The notes: generated from the letters alone by a model not told the origin. A DNA stretch of 64,000 bases from Trinickia sp. (GCF_036503415.1 NZ_DASXWY010000180.1:5065-69064), one strand, 5' to 3'; numbered from the stretch's first letter, positions 36,106 to 49,159 are shown. Numbers and translations: made by a program.

Positions 36106-37269
36106 ATGTCATCTTCTCCTTTGCCTGAATCGGCTGTCGATGCCCCGATCGTATTCGTCGACTTGGAAACGACCGGCGGATCGCTCGCGGATCATCGGAT
36201 TACCGAGATCGGCGTCGTCGAAGCGGGGCCCCACGGAATTTCGCGCTGGAGCACGCTCGTCAATCCCGGGCAGGCCATTCCCCCGTTCATTCAGCAGCTC
36301 ACCGGCATTACCAACGAGATGGTGCGCGAAGCTCCGAGCTTCGATGAGATCGCCTCCGAGCTCCATCGACGGCTCGACGGCAGGCTTTTCATCGCGCACA
36401 ACGCCAGTTTCGATCGGGGATTCCTGCGAAGCGAGTTCCAGCGCGTCGGTCTCGCGTTCAATCCCGACGTTCTATGCACCGTGCGCCTCTCGCGCGCGTT
36501 GAATCCGTCCGAGAAACGGCACGGGCTGGATGCGCTGATCGCCCGGCACGCGCTGGTGCCGATCGCGCGTCATCGAGCGCTCGCCGATGCGGACTTGCTC
36601 TGGCAGTTCTGGCATACGCTGCACGGGTTATGGCCGCTCGATGTGTTGCGCGAGCAGGTCGAGCGAACGATGCGCCGCTATCGCATTGCCGGCGATATCA
36701 CCGAAGATCTGCTCGATACCGCACCGGTCGGCTGCGGCGTCTACGCTTTTTACGACGAAGCGGGTACCGCGCTCTTCGTTGGCCGCAGCGTCAGGCTGCG
36801 TCAGCGTATCCGCGCCCATCTCGTTGGAGAACGCCGTTCGGCGCGCGAGTTGCGTCTCGCAGCCGAGGTTCGGCGGGTCGAGTGGCGCGATACGGGAGGG
36901 GAGCTGGGCGCGCTGCTGGCCGAAGCGCAATGGATCGCCACGCTGCAGCCCCGGTACAACCGGCAGCCACGCGCCGCACGTGGCGAGGCAAGCGATGCGC
37001 CCTGGCCGTTCAGCGGAGCGATTGCGGTCGTGGAGCATGGAGCGGATGGCGCCGTTCCCGTCTTCCACGTCGTCGATCGCTGGTGCTACCTCGGCGCGGC
37101 GCCGAGTGTCGAGCACGCGAGCGCGCTCGCCGTGGATTGCGCTCGATGCACGTTCGAGTCATCGACGTATCGCATTTTGCGAACGCATCTCGAGCGCGGC
37201 TTGCGCGTAATGCAGCTCGCGCCGGGATCGGCCGTCACCATGACGGCGTCCGAAGCGGCGCCTATCTGA
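36106..37269 (+). CDS. DEDDh 3'-5' exonuclease (DnaQ-like) fused to a GIY-YIG (UvrC/Cho-like) domain
   Basis: FVDLETTG, AHNASFD, HRALADA; GVYAFYD...LFVGRSVRLRQRIRAH. Confidence 0.9.
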   Translation: MSSSPLPESAVDAPIVFVDLETTGGSLADHRITEIGVVEAGPHGISRWSTLVNPGQAIPPFIQQLTGITNEMVREAPSFDEIASELHRRLDGRLFIAHNASFDRGFLRSEFQRVGLAFNPDVLCTVRLSRALNPSEKRHGLDALIARHALVPIARHRALADADLLWQFWHTLHGLWPLDVLREQVERTMRRYRIAGDITEDLLDTAPVGCGVYAFYDEAGTALFVGRSVRLRQRIRAHLVGERRSARELRLAAEVRRVEWRDTGGELGALLAEAQWIATLQPRYNRQPRAARGEASDAPWPFSGAIAVVEHGADGAVPVFHVVDRWCYLGAAPSVEHASALAVDCARCTFESSTYRILRTHLERGLRVMQLAPGSAVTMTASEAAPI

Positions 37270-37286
37270 ACGCGCCGCGCCCGGTT

Positions 37287-37883
37287 TCAGCCGGTGCCGC
37301 CCATTCCACCGGACGAGCAGACGTGCGCCAGCGCGGTCGTCAGCGCAGCGGTCTCGCCCGATTCATAGTGCGTCATGGCTTTCCAGTTCTCGACGCTGCG
37401 CTTGAGCCTCGTCGGGCAATCGGCGCTGTCGCGCAGCGGTTGAGCGCGCGCGAGCGCGGGAATCAGCGCCTGCGTCAGCTGATCGAGCGCGGGGCGGGTA
37501 GTGGCGGCCAGGTCGGGCGCGGGCCCCTCGGGCGGCTTCGTTGTCTTCCATCGGTCGAACAGCGCAGTCTGAATTTGCTTGCTGGCTTCAATCTGATCCT
37601 GAAAGAAGGCGTGAGCGAAGGCGGGATCGACACCTGCCGCGCGTGCGCGCTTGTCCACGTCGGCCAGCAGTGCCGCTTCGCGCGGCGGATCCGTGATCGC
37701 CCGACCGTTTGCCCATTTCCATTGGGCGACGGGTACGGCCAGGGCAAGCCGTTTCGAGGCCAGCGCGACGAGGTTGATGAGCGGGGTATCGTCGCCCTCG
37801 GCCCGCGCGTGACGGGGCATGACGGACAAGGCGGCGCATAACGCGATGGCGCCGAGCGCTGCAGCACTCAGTGGACGTTTCAT
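37287..37883 (-). CDS. Periplasmic (exported) chorismate mutase, AroQ gamma class
   Basis: Signal peptide; RLALAVPVAQWKW...ITDPPREA; FFQDQIEASKQIQ; PDLAATTRPALDQL. Confidence 0.88.
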   Translation of the reverse strand: MKRPLSAAALGAIALCAALSVMPRHARAEGDDTPLINLVALASKRLALAVPVAQWKWANGRAITDPPREAALLADVDKRARAAGVDPAFAHAFFQDQIEASKQIQTALFDRWKTTKPPEGPAPDLAATTRPALDQLTQALIPALARAQPLRDSADCPTRLKRSVENWKAMTHYESGETAALTTALAHVCSSGGMGGTG

Positions 37884-38084
37884 GGGGGTAAGGTTCAGGC
37901 AGTCAGCCGGCCGGGCCGGCAAGGAACGCCGCACGACCGCCGGCACGGCGGACGGTCGGCGGCAGCGGGATGACAGCGCGGTGCCGCCATAGCGGCACGC
38001 ATGTGGAGGCGAGCACTGCGCGCGCGCAGACTCATGACGCGCGGACGACCGCGCGATGCAAAGCAGCTTCCGAGCGGTGTCCGC

Positions 38085-38234
38085 TCACTTCGATTCGAAG
38101 GATCTGCGTTGTTCGTCGAAGAACGCGCGAACATGTTCCGGGAGCTCGGCACCCAGAAATTCGACGCCCACCGGCTCCGGATCCGGGCTTGCGATTTTGT
38201 CGGGGGGCGGAATGTGGGTGGGCTTCGCTTCCAT
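38085..38234 (-). CDS. 49-aa small protein absent from the ORF track
   Basis: AGGAG RBS then ATG; MEAKPTHIPPPDKIASPDPEPVGVEFLGAELPEHVRAFFDEQRRSFESK*. Confidence 0.6.
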   Translation of the reverse strand: MEAKPTHIPPPDKIASPDPEPVGVEFLGAELPEHVRAFFDEQRRSFESK

Positions 38235-38481
38235 GATCTCTCTCCTGATACAAAGCGATTATCTGACGCGTCCGTCGATCGGTGCCAGCGCCGAATCGCT
38301 TTTTAACGATTTGTTGCATTAACGGCACACGTGCGCCTGCTTTGAAGAGCGATTCAGGGTAATCAACGAGTCGAATCCTGTCGCACACTGCCTGCGCGCC
38401 GGGCAGCCATCGGGTACAGCTTGCCCGACGGGCAGCGATGGCTCAGTGCCCCGACGCACACGGCAGCGGCATGGATCCTCG

Positions 38482-39600
38482 TTAGACCGATGGCGAAGGC
38501 GCGGGCACGATGACGGGCTCGTCGTAGCGCCGAGGCTTGCTGGCGACTTCCACATGGCCGTGGATGCGCGCCTGGTGACCGTCCGCGAACATGTAGTAGG
38601 GGAACGGCCGGTCGGGTTGCGACACGGCATCGAGACGCGCGGCAAGCTCGGGCGCGAGCGTGAAATCGAGCGATGCAAGCGAATCCTCGAGCTGCTCGGG
38701 TTTCGTCGCTCCAACGATGATGCTCGAGACTCCGCGCTTGTCGTGCAGCCAGTTCAGCGCAACCTGGGCCATCGGGCGGCCGGCTTCGGCGGCCACCGCC
38801 TCGAGCTCGGCGACGATTCGGAAGTTGCGCGGCGTCAGCTTGTCGAAACCGGGCGGCATGCGCCCCGCCGTTTGCTCGCTCACGGTCTGAAGGCGCCCGG
38901 CGCCCGATGCACCCTCCGATGGCCGATATTTGCCCGACAACAGACCCATGGCGAGCGGACTCCAGGGAACCAGCCCCATGCCGAATTCGACGGCCAGATC
39001 GGCGAACTCGTTTTCCGCGTTGCGCTCGATCAGGGAGTACTCGAGCTGCATGGCCGCGACGGGCTCGAAGCCTCTCCATTGCGCCAGCGTCTGCGCGCGC
39101 GCCGCGAACCACGCGGGGGTGTCGGAGAGCCCGACGTAGCGAATCTTGCCCGCCCGGACGGCATCGTCCAGTGTGCGCATCACCTCGTCCACGGGCGTCA
39201 TGCGGTCCCACGTGTGCACGTAATAGAGGTCGATGTAGTCGGTGCCGAGCCGCGCGAGCGACGCATCGAGCGCACGCATCAGATTCTTGCGATGGTTGCC
39301 CCCGGCGTTCGGGTTGCCGGCCTGAGCGTTATAACTGTATTTCGTCGCGAGGACGATTTTGTCGCGCAACCCGCTTTCGGCGACGAATTTGCCCAGCCAA
39401 CGTTCGCTGGTGCCTTCGGTATAAAGGTCCGCGGTATCGATGAAGTTGCCGCCGGCATTCACGTAAATATCGAAAAGGCGACGCGCGGTTGCTTCCTCGG
39501 TGCCCCAGTTCCATTCGGTACCGAACGTCATCGTGCCGAGGGAAATCGGCGAAACGCGCAGCCCCGAGCGGCCGAGCAGCGTATAGCGGTCCATCGTCAT
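38482..39600 (-). CDS. Aldo/keto reductase
   Basis: LGRSGLRVSPISLGTMTFG, NFIDTADLY, LATK, YIDLYYVH, WSPLAMGLLSGKY. Confidence 0.95.
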   Translation of the reverse strand: MTMDRYTLLGRSGLRVSPISLGTMTFGTEWNWGTEEATARRLFDIYVNAGGNFIDTADLYTEGTSERWLGKFVAESGLRDKIVLATKYSYNAQAGNPNAGGNHRKNLMRALDASLARLGTDYIDLYYVHTWDRMTPVDEVMRTLDDAVRAGKIRYVGLSDTPAWFAARAQTLAQWRGFEPVAAMQLEYSLIERNAENEFADLAVEFGMGLVPWSPLAMGLLSGKYRPSEGASGAGRLQTVSEQTAGRMPPGFDKLTPRNFRIVAELEAVAAEAGRPMAQVALNWLHDKRGVSSIIVGATKPEQLEDSLASLDFTLAPELAARLDAVSQPDRPFPYYMFADGHQARIHGHVEVASKPRRYDEPVIVPAPSPSV

Positions 39601-39717
39601 GGCAGTTCTCCTTGTTGGTGAAGTATGTCGATGGCCGTATCGTGCCTGCGTTGATCCCTTGGAAAAAGGCCGCTATTCTGCAAGCATTTTGAAGCGCTGC
39701 TTAATAAAAGGATCGAT

Positions 39718-40659
39718 ATGGACCCAGCCCGACTTCCCGCGCTGGTGGCTTTTGCGAGCGTCGCGCGCCATGAGAGCTTCACGCGCGCAGCACTGGAGAG
39801 CGGGGTCTCGGCGTCCGCGCTTTCGCAGTCCGTCCGGGCACTCGAAGCGCAGCTCGGCGTGCGGCTCTTCAATCGCACGACCCGCCGGGTTGCGCTGACG
39901 GAGGCCGGCGCGGACTTTCTCGAGCGGGTCCGCCCGGCGCTTTCGATGCTCGACGCCGCCTTCGATGCGCTCGATGCGCAACGGGGCCATCCCGCCGGTA
40001 CGTTACGGATCAACCTGCCGCGCGTGGCGAGCGAGCTGCTCGTACTGCCGCATCTAGCTGAATTCAAGCGGCGCTACCCGCACGTCACGGTGGATATGAT
40101 GCTCGATGACGGACTGACGGATCTCGTCGGGGAGGGGTTCGACGCGGGGATCAGACTCGGCGAAATGCTGGCCCGCGATATGGTTGCGATTCCGTTATCC
40201 GGACCGCTGCGGATCGCCGTGGCCGGCTCCCCGGCCTATTTCGAGCGTTATGCGGTACCCGCGGTACCGGATGACCTCATGCGGCATGACTGTCTGCACT
40301 ATCGTTTTGCGACGAGCCGCGGGATCTATCGATGGGAGTTCGCACCGCCCGCCGATCCAACGCGGGTTTTCGAAGTGGATACGCCGGGCAGTTTCGTCAC
40401 CAACGATTTGCGCACCATGGTGCGCGCGGCCGTGGACGGCATCGGCCTCTTGCACGTCATCGAGGACTATGTCGCACCGGAACTGGCCGACGGCCGCCTC
40501 GTCCGCGTGCTCGACGATTGGTGTCCTACCTTCGACGGCTTTTGCCTCTATACATCGAGCCGCGTGCATATGCCGCTCAAACTGCGCGTTTTCATCGACT
40601 TGCTGCGGGAAAAACGCTTGCACTCGCCTACGGCGCGCGGAGATTCGGCTGGGCAATGA
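39718..40659 (+). CDS. LysR-family regulator (CrgA-like), divergent from the AKR gene
   Basis: FASVARHESFTRAA...LEAQLGVRLFNRTTRRVALTEAG; LVGEGFDAGIR. Confidence 0.95.
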   Translation: MDPARLPALVAFASVARHESFTRAALESGVSASALSQSVRALEAQLGVRLFNRTTRRVALTEAGADFLERVRPALSMLDAAFDALDAQRGHPAGTLRINLPRVASELLVLPHLAEFKRRYPHVTVDMMLDDGLTDLVGEGFDAGIRLGEMLARDMVAIPLSGPLRIAVAGSPAYFERYAVPAVPDDLMRHDCLHYRFATSRGIYRWEFAPPADPTRVFEVDTPGSFVTNDLRTMVRAAVDGIGLLHVIEDYVAPELADGRLVRVLDDWCPTFDGFCLYTSSRVHMPLKLRVFIDLLREKRLHSPTARGDSAGQ

Positions 40660-40671
40660 CGGCTGGAACGC

Positions 40672-41067
40672 TCATGAGCCACCGGCGGCGTCGGTTTCGT
40701 CAGCGAAGATCCGATCGGCGAGATGAAACGCGGAATTGGCCGCCGGCACGCCGCAATAAATGGCCGTCTGCAACAGCACTTCCTTGATTTCGTCTCGCGT
40801 CACGCCGTTGTTCTTCGCCGCGCGCAAATGCAGCGCGAGTTCCTCGCCGCGATTGAGCGCCACCATCATCGCAATGGTCAACAGACTGCGCGTATGGCGC
40901 GGCAAGCCCGGGCGCGTCCAGATCTCGCCCCATGCGTAGCGCGTGATGAGCGCTTGGAATTCGCTCGTCAATTCGTTTTGCTTGGCGAGCGATCGATCGA
41001 CGTGCGCATCGCCGAGCACGGCGCGGCGCACTTCCATGCCTGCGTCGTAGCGTTCCTGGTCGTTCAT
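40672..41067 (-). CDS. pcaC: 4-carboxymuconolactone decarboxylase
   Basis: GMEVRRAVLGDAHVDRS; YAWGEIWTRPGL; QTAIYCGVPAAN. Confidence 0.96.
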   Translation of the reverse strand: MNDQERYDAGMEVRRAVLGDAHVDRSLAKQNELTSEFQALITRYAWGEIWTRPGLPRHTRSLLTIAMMVALNRGEELALHLRAAKNNGVTRDEIKEVLLQTAIYCGVPAANSAFHLADRIFADETDAAGGS

Positions 41068-42468
41068 TTAGTCGGACTCCTGATCTCGATTGGTTCTGGC
41101 GGCTTCTTCGGCCCGCGATTCGCGAAACGCTGCAAGCACCGCGTCGACGAACGCGTGCGCGCGCCCCGCGTAGTTGGCCGGATCGAAGAGTGCATCGAGG
41201 CGAGCCGCGTCCAAGCGGCTCGTCACCTCGGTATCCTCGGCCAGCACGTCGCGCAGATTGCGTCCGCTTGCAACGGCCCGTTGCGACGCATGTTCGACGA
41301 GGCGATGCGCCGGTTGACGTCCCATCGATTCGCCGAGCGCGAGCATGACCGCTTCCGCGAGGATGAGGCCGTGAGTCGAACCGAGGTTGGCGGCAAGCCG
41401 CCCGGTGTCGACTTCGAGCCCGCGCGCGATCTCGTCGACGTGCGCGAGCGCTCCGCCGCAGAGCCGGGCGATCTCGGGCAGGGCCTCCCATTCGGCCTGC
41501 CAGCCGCCCAGGGCGCGTTCGTGTTCCTGAACCATGGCGGCGAGCACCGTCGCGACAAGCCCCGGTACGCGCACGGCGGCGCTCAGAACAGCGGCGCAGC
41601 CGACCGGATTGCGCTTGTGCGGCATCGTCGACGAACCGCCTTTGCCCGCGCCCGACGGTTCGGCAAGCTCGCCGATTTCGGTCTGCATCTGAAGCGATAC
41701 ATCGCGAGCAATCTTGCCGAGCGTACCCGTGATCAGTCCGAGCGTCGTCGCGATCTCCGCGATGCGATCGCGCTGCGTGTGCCACGGCAGCACCGGTACC
41801 GCCAGGGCCAACGCGCTGGCAAGCGCCTGCGTCACGGCATCGGCGCGCTCGCCGAGGCTCGCGAGCGTGCCGGCCGCGCCGCCGAATTGCAGCACGAGCG
41901 CGCTTTGGCGCAGGTGTGTCACGCGCGCCCGATGGCGCTCGAGCGTATCGAGCCATTGCGCGAACTTCATGCCGAGCGTGATCGGCAGCGCCTGCTGCAG
42001 CCAGGTGCGACCCACCATTGACGTGGCGCGATGTCGCTCGGCCAGGCCGGCCAGGACGTCGTCGAGCGACGCGATTTGCGCGTCGATCGAATTCAGCGCG
42101 TCGCGCAACTGCAGCACCATGCCCGTATCGATGATGTCCTGACTCGTGGCGCCCCAATGCACGTATTTCGCCGCTTCGGGAGCCTGCTCGGCGACCGCCG
42201 CGGTCAGTTGCTTCACGAGCGGAATAGCGAGATTGCCCGCCCGTGCGGCGGCGTGCGTCAGCGCGTCGGCATCGATGCACTCCGCGCGGCACGCGGCCTC
42301 GATGGGCCCGGACGCATCGCCCGGAATGACGCCGGCCGATGCGAGGGCCCGGGCCAATGCCGCCTCCACATCGAGCATGCGCTGGATCGTCGCGCGCGGC
42401 GAAAAGATTGCGATGAGCGCCTCGGTGGAGCTCAGGCGGTCGGTCAGTCGTCCGTCGAATTCGAGCAT
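41068..42468 (-). CDS. pcaB: 3-carboxy-cis,cis-muconate cycloisomerase
   Basis: HWGATSQDIIDT; GGSSTMPHKRNP fumarase-superfamily signature; QEHERALGGWQAEW. Confidence 0.95.
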   Translation of the reverse strand: MLEFDGRLTDRLSSTEALIAIFSPRATIQRMLDVEAALARALASAGVIPGDASGPIEAACRAECIDADALTHAAARAGNLAIPLVKQLTAAVAEQAPEAAKYVHWGATSQDIIDTGMVLQLRDALNSIDAQIASLDDVLAGLAERHRATSMVGRTWLQQALPITLGMKFAQWLDTLERHRARVTHLRQSALVLQFGGAAGTLASLGERADAVTQALASALALAVPVLPWHTQRDRIAEIATTLGLITGTLGKIARDVSLQMQTEIGELAEPSGAGKGGSSTMPHKRNPVGCAAVLSAAVRVPGLVATVLAAMVQEHERALGGWQAEWEALPEIARLCGGALAHVDEIARGLEVDTGRLAANLGSTHGLILAEAVMLALGESMGRQPAHRLVEHASQRAVASGRNLRDVLAEDTEVTSRLDAARLDALFDPANYAGRAHAFVDAVLAAFRESRAEEAARTNRDQESD

Positions 42469-42481
42469 GATGGTACAGTCG

Positions 42482-42521
42482 TTTGTTCGATCACCGAACA
42501 AAGTGTCATTTAACGAACAAT
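42482..42521. promoter_or_regulatory. PcaR/PcaU/PobR-type (IclR family) operator
   Basis: Perfect inverted repeat TTTGTTCG-ATCAC-CGAACAAA (42482-42502) plus a third CGAACAA half-site at 42514, just upstream of pcaB. Confidence 0.75.
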
Positions 42522-42555
42522 AATCGACGCATGGTATGCGTGAGGCCGCAGCGGG

Positions 42556-44395
<1,840 letters not shown>

Positions 44396-44396
<1 letters not shown>

Positions 44397-45043
44397 TGGC
44401 GCTGACACCGTTTGCTCCGTTCCATTTGAACGAAACCGCATCGCAGACCGGGGGGCCGTATGTGCACATCGGTCTTGCGCCGAAGCAGGCCGGTTTCGAT
44501 ATCTTCGAAAACAACTTCGGCAATGTGCTGGTCACGAGCGAGACACGAGGCGAGCGCATCGACATCGAAGGACGTGTCTACGACGGCTCCGGGTCGCTCG
44601 TGCGCGACGTGTTGATCGAAATCTGGCAAGCCAATGCGGCCGGGCGTTACGCTCATCCGGCGGACCGGCAGGACCTGCCGATCGATCCGTCGTTTCGCGG
44701 GTGGGGACGCACGGGCGCCGATTTCGAAACGGGCGTGTATCGATTCGAGACGATCAAGCCCGGCGCGGTGCTCGGGCGCAGCGGCACGCGGCAAGCGCCG
44801 CATATTCTCCTGGTGTTGTTCGCGCGCGGCATCAATCTCGGTTTGCATACGCGGCTTTATTTCAGCGACGAAGCCGAAGCCAATCTGCGCGATCCGGTGC
44901 TTGGCGGCATTGAATGGGATGTGCGCCGCAAGACGCTCATCGCCGAGCGCAGCGAGCGGGACGGCAAAGCCGTCTATACCTTCGACATTCGCTTGCAAGA
45001 CACGCCCGACGGTGGACGCGAGACGGTCTTCTTCGACATTTGA
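44396..45043 (+). CDS. pcaG: Protocatechuate 3,4-dioxygenase alpha subunit
   Basis: ETASQTGGPYVHIGL; EIWQANAAGRY; FARGINLGLHTRLYF; start overlaps the pcaH stop. Confidence 0.97.
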
Positions 45044-45119
45044 GTTGGGTTGCCGGCGCGCGCCCGCGGTGTGTACCGGGTGCGGTGCGTGCTGCCGCGA
45101 GAATGGCCACCAAAAAAGC

Positions 45120-45149
45120 AAAAAGCCCAGTCGCGAGACTGGGCTTTTT
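45120..45149. terminator. Bidirectional terminator between pcaG and tRNA-Thr
   Basis: AAAAAGCCCAGTC-GCGA-GACTGGGCTTTTT. Confidence 0.85.
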
Positions 45150-45161
45150 GTTTGAATCTTA

Positions 45162-45237
45162 TGGTGCCGGAAAGAGGAATCGAACCCCCGACCTTCGCAT
45201 TACGAATGCGCTGCTCTACCGTCTGAGCTATTCCGGC
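45162..45237 (-). tRNA. tRNA-Thr(CGT)
   Basis: GCCGGAATAGCTCAGACGGTAGAGCAGCGCATTCGTAATGCG...GGTTCGATTCCTCTTTCCGGCACCA; upstream TTGCTA-18-TATAAT. Confidence 0.97.
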
Positions 45238-45291
45238 ATCAGGAGAAACGCGATTATAGAGACATGTCGCGCCGGATAGCAAGCCCCCATC

Positions 45292-46308
45292 TTAACTTTT
45301 TTCTTCGCGATGGTAGCCCGTGACGCGCTCGACCTCGTTCTTCGAACCGAGGAACACCGCGATACGCTCATGCAGGCTCTCGGGCTGCACATCGAGAATG
45401 CGCTCGTGCCCGTTCGTCGCCGCGCCGCCGGCCTGCTCGACGATGAACGACATCGGATTCGCCTCGTACATGAGCCGCAGCTTGCCCGGTTTGTCCGGGG
45501 TCCGCTTGTCCGCCGGGTACATGAAGATGCCGCCGCGATGCAAGATCCGATGCACATCGGCAACCATCGATGCGACCCAGCGCATGTTGAAATCGGCCTG
45601 ACGCACGCCCGTCTTGCCGGCCAGCAGCTCGTCGACATATCGCTGTACTGGCGGATACCAGTGGCGAGCGTTCGAGGCGTTGATCGCGAATTCCCGCGTG
45701 TCTTCCGGAATGCGCAAGTTGGCATGCGTGAGCACCCACGAACCGAGTTCGCGGTCGAGCGTGAAGCCATTCACGCCATCGCCGGTCGTCAATACGAGCA
45801 TGGTTTGCGGTCCATAGACCGCGTAGCCTGCCGCGACCTGCTGCGTGCCGGGCTGAAGGAACGATTGCTCGGTCGCGACTTGCCCGTCAGGGCAGCGCAG
45901 CACCGAAAAAATAGTACCGATCGATACGTTGACGTCGATGTTCGATGAACCGTCCAGCGGGTCGAACACGAGCAGATATTCTCCGCGCGGATAGTTGGCC
46001 GGAATCGGAAACAGCTTTTCCATTTCCTCGGACGCCATCGCGGCAAGGTTGCCGCCCCATTCGTTCGCGTCGAGGAGAATTTCGTTCGACAGGATGTCGA
46101 GCTTTTTCTGGACCTCGCCTTGAACGTTTTCGCTGCCCGCCGTACCGAGCGCTTCCCCCAAAGCCCCTTTGCTGACGTGATAGCTGATGAGCTTGCAAGC
46201 GCGCGCGACGACTTCGATCAAAAGACGCAAGTCGGCCGGCAGCTTGTTGGTTTCGCGTTGTTGCTCGATCAGAAATTTCGTGAGGGTAGTGCGTCGTTGC
46301 AGAGACAT
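45292..46308 (-). CDS. fbp: Class 1 fructose-1,6-bisphosphatase
   Basis: [12 protein letters not shown]; SMVADVHR; [11 protein letters not shown]. Confidence 0.97.
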   Translation of the reverse strand: MSLQRRTTLTKFLIEQQRETNKLPADLRLLIEVVARACKLISYHVSKGALGEALGTAGSENVQGEVQKKLDILSNEILLDANEWGGNLAAMASEEMEKLFPIPANYPRGEYLLVFDPLDGSSNIDVNVSIGTIFSVLRCPDGQVATEQSFLQPGTQQVAAGYAVYGPQTMLVLTTGDGVNGFTLDRELGSWVLTHANLRIPEDTREFAINASNARHWYPPVQRYVDELLAGKTGVRQADFNMRWVASMVADVHRILHRGGIFMYPADKRTPDKPGKLRLMYEANPMSFIVEQAGGAATNGHERILDVQPESLHERIAVFLGSKNEVERVTGYHREEKS

Positions 46309-46468
46309 TGCGGTACTCCGAAAGCCAGGGGATGCCGTGGATTTTACCCGCCGCGACGCCGATGGCCGCGAGTTTTTGTAGGCAGGCGCACGGTCGGCAC
46401 GAAAAAAACGGGCACGTGCGTGCCCGTTCGTTGGGTCGCGAAGCGCCACCAAACGGCGCTCCACGGCA

Positions 46469-49159
46469 TCAAGCCAACGCTTTCTCGACGATCTCGCGTA
46501 CGTCGCGTGACGAAGCCTTCGCAGCCACTTGCTGCAGCGCCTCGCGCATGCGCTCGCGCAACGCCGGCGTGTAGCGACGCCAGAGTTCCAGCGAGCGTGC
46601 GAGGCGCGCGGCCACCTGGGGATTGAGCGCATCGAGCGCCACGACCTGTTCCGCCCAGAACGCGTAGCCCGAGCCGTCGGCCGCATGGAACTGCGCGGGA
46701 TTGCCCGAGCAGAAGCTGAAGATCAACGAACGCGCTCGGTTCGGATTGCGCAAGGTGAACGCCGGATGACTCATGAGCTTGCGCACGATCTCGATCACGG
46801 GCCGCTTCTCGCTACCGCGCTGCGTGGCCTGCATCGAGAACCACTTGTCGATGACGAGCGGCTCGCGCTCGAACCTGCGATAGAAGTCTTCGAGCGCACG
46901 CTCCGCGATCGGCGTATTCGTCGCGGCACCCGCGGCGATGAGCGTCGCGAGCGCGGCCGCACGATCGGTCATGTTGTCGGCGGCGTCGTACTGCGCATTC
47001 GCGAGCCGCACGGCGTCGGACGGGTCGTCGAGCTCGGCAAGGTAGGCCAGCGCGAGATTCTTGAGGGCGCGATGGCCCGCGGCTTGCGCCGTCGGCTCGT
47101 ACGGGTCCGGCGTCACATGATTTTCGTAGAGGCTCAGCCACTGGTCGCGCAGCGCCGTGGCGAGGCGCTTGCGCACGAATTGCCGCGCGCGGTGCACCGC
47201 CGACGGGTCGGACTCGGCCATCTGCTCGGCAAGGTACGACTCCGAGGGCAGCACGAGCGCGAGCTCGCGAAACGCGGGTGAGATCGTCTTGTCGGTCAGC
47301 ACACGCGCGAATGCCGCGACAACGGAATCGTCGAGCGTGAGCGGCTCGTCGGCTGCCGCGCGCGCGGCCAACGCCAGCAGCTCGCGCGTGGCGAGGCGCT
47401 GGCCAGCCTCCCATCGATTGAATGGATCGCTGTCGTGCGCGAGCAAAAACGCCAATTCGTCATGGGTGTAGTCGTACTCGACGATCACCGGTGCCGAAAA
47501 GTTGCGCAGCAGGGAAGGCAAGGGCGCTTCGGCCACATCGACGAACGTGAACTGCGCTTCGTTCTCCGTCAGCTCCAGCACACGCGTCGTCCCGGCCGCA
47601 GCGGGCTCCCCTTCGAGACGGAGCGGCAGATCGGCGCCGTTGCGGCCGATGAGACCCATCGCAAACGGAATCAGGAGCGGGCCTTGTTGTGTTTCGCGCG
47701 CAGCGGGCGCCGCGTCCGCATACCGTTGCGAGAGCGTGATCGTGAAGCGCTTGGTTTTTTCATCGTACGCTGTCCGCACGCCGACACGCGGCGTGCCGGC
47801 CTGGCTGTACCAGCGCTCGAATTGCGCCAGATCGCGCCCGTTCGCATCGGCCAGCGCATGGCGGAAATCGTCGCACGTGACGGCTTGCCCGTCATGCCGC
47901 TTGAAGTAGAGATCCATACCGCGGCGAAAACCGTCGCGCCCGAAGAGCGTCTGATACATGCGCACGACTTCGGCGCCTTTCTCGTAGACGGTCATCGTAT
48001 AGAAGTTGTTGATTTCGACGTAGCTCTCGGGGCGCACCGGATGCGCCATGGGGCCCGCGTCTTCCGCGAATTGCATCTGCCGCAGCACGCGTACATCCTC
48101 GATGCGTTTCACGGCGCGCGCCGTTTCGTCGGTCGCGCCGCCTTGCATATCGGCCGAGAACTCCTGATCGCGAAAGACGGTAAGCCCTTCCTTCAGGCTC
48201 AATTGGAACCAGTCGCGGCAGGTGACGCGATTGCCTGTCCAGTTATGGAAATACTCGTGGCCGACCACGGCCTCGATGTTGGCGAAATCGGTATCGGTGG
48301 CGGTTTCGGGGTTGGCCAGGACATACTTCGTGTTGAAGATGTTCAGGCCTTTGTTTTCCATGGCGCCCATGTTGAAATCGCTGACGGCGACGATCATGAA
48401 GCGGTCGAGATCGAGCTCGAGGCCGAAGCGCGCTTCGTCCCACCGAATCGCGTTGACGAGCGAATCCATGGCGTGTCGCGTCTTGTCGAGATCATGCGGC
48501 TCGACCCAGACCTGCAGCAGTTTTTCCTTGCCGGAGCCGGTGCGGATTCGCTCTTCGAGCGCGACGAGTTTGCCGGCGACCAGCGCGAAAAGGTAGCTCG
48601 GCTTCTTGAACGGGTCCTGCCATTTGGCGAAGTGGCGTCCGTCCGGCAAATCGCCCGTGTCGACGAGATTGCCGTTCGAGAGCAGGACCGGATAGGCGGT
48701 TTTGTCCGCGCGCAGCGTCACCGTGTAGGTGGCCATGACGTCGGGGCGATCGAGAAAGTAGGTGATGCGCCGAAAACCTTCGGCCTCGCATTGGGTGAAA
48801 AAGTTGCCGCTCGAGACGTAAAGGCCGGAGAGCGTCGTATTCTCGGCCGGCTTGCACGCGCTCACTATCGTCAGCTCGAACGTGTCGGGTACGGCGTCGA
48901 GCACCAGGCCGTGCTCGTGGACGCGATGCTCCGCGGAAGACGTGCCGTCGAGCGAGACCGAGAGAAGTTCCAACGCTTCGCCCATGAGTTCCAGGCGTGC
49001 AGCATGCGCGGCGCCGGGGTTGCGTCGCACCCGCATCGTGTTCTTGACGATCGTGCGTTCGGCAACGAGATCGAACTCGAGCGCAACCGAGTCGATGAGA
49101 AAAGCCGGCGGCGTATAGTCGGCCCGGCGGATCACAGCGGAATTGGCGGTATCGGACAT
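46469..49159 (-). CDS. pepN: Aminopeptidase N
   Basis: GAMEN; [25 protein letters not shown] (HEXXH-18-E). Confidence 0.98.
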   Translation of the reverse strand: MSDTANSAVIRRADYTPPAFLIDSVALEFDLVAERTIVKNTMRVRRNPGAAHAARLELMGEALELLSVSLDGTSSAEHRVHEHGLVLDAVPDTFELTIVSACKPAENTTLSGLYVSSGNFFTQCEAEGFRRITYFLDRPDVMATYTVTLRADKTAYPVLLSNGNLVDTGDLPDGRHFAKWQDPFKKPSYLFALVAGKLVALEERIRTGSGKEKLLQVWVEPHDLDKTRHAMDSLVNAIRWDEARFGLELDLDRFMIVAVSDFNMGAMENKGLNIFNTKYVLANPETATDTDFANIEAVVGHEYFHNWTGNRVTCRDWFQLSLKEGLTVFRDQEFSADMQGGATDETARAVKRIEDVRVLRQMQFAEDAGPMAHPVRPESYVEINNFYTMTVYEKGAEVVRMYQTLFGRDGFRRGMDLYFKRHDGQAVTCDDFRHALADANGRDLAQFERWYSQAGTPRVGVRTAYDEKTKRFTITLSQRYADAAPAARETQQGPLLIPFAMGLIGRNGADLPLRLEGEPAAAGTTRVLELTENEAQFTFVDVAEAPLPSLLRNFSAPVIVEYDYTHDELAFLLAHDSDPFNRWEAGQRLATRELLALAARAAADEPLTLDDSVVAAFARVLTDKTISPAFRELALVLPSESYLAEQMAESDPSAVHRARQFVRKRLATALRDQWLSLYENHVTPDPYEPTAQAAGHRALKNLALAYLAELDDPSDAVRLANAQYDAADNMTDRAAALATLIAAGAATNTPIAERALEDFYRRFEREPLVIDKWFSMQATQRGSEKRPVIEIVRKLMSHPAFTLRNPNRARSLIFSFCSGNPAQFHAADGSGYAFWAEQVVALDALNPQVAARLARSLELWRRYTPALRERMREALQQVAAKASSRDVREIVEKALA

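Noticed and set aside
45162-45237. Island integrated at tRNA-Thr carrying the pca genes
   Set aside because: No duplicate of the tRNA 3' end and no integrase was found; kept only as a weak HGT hint.
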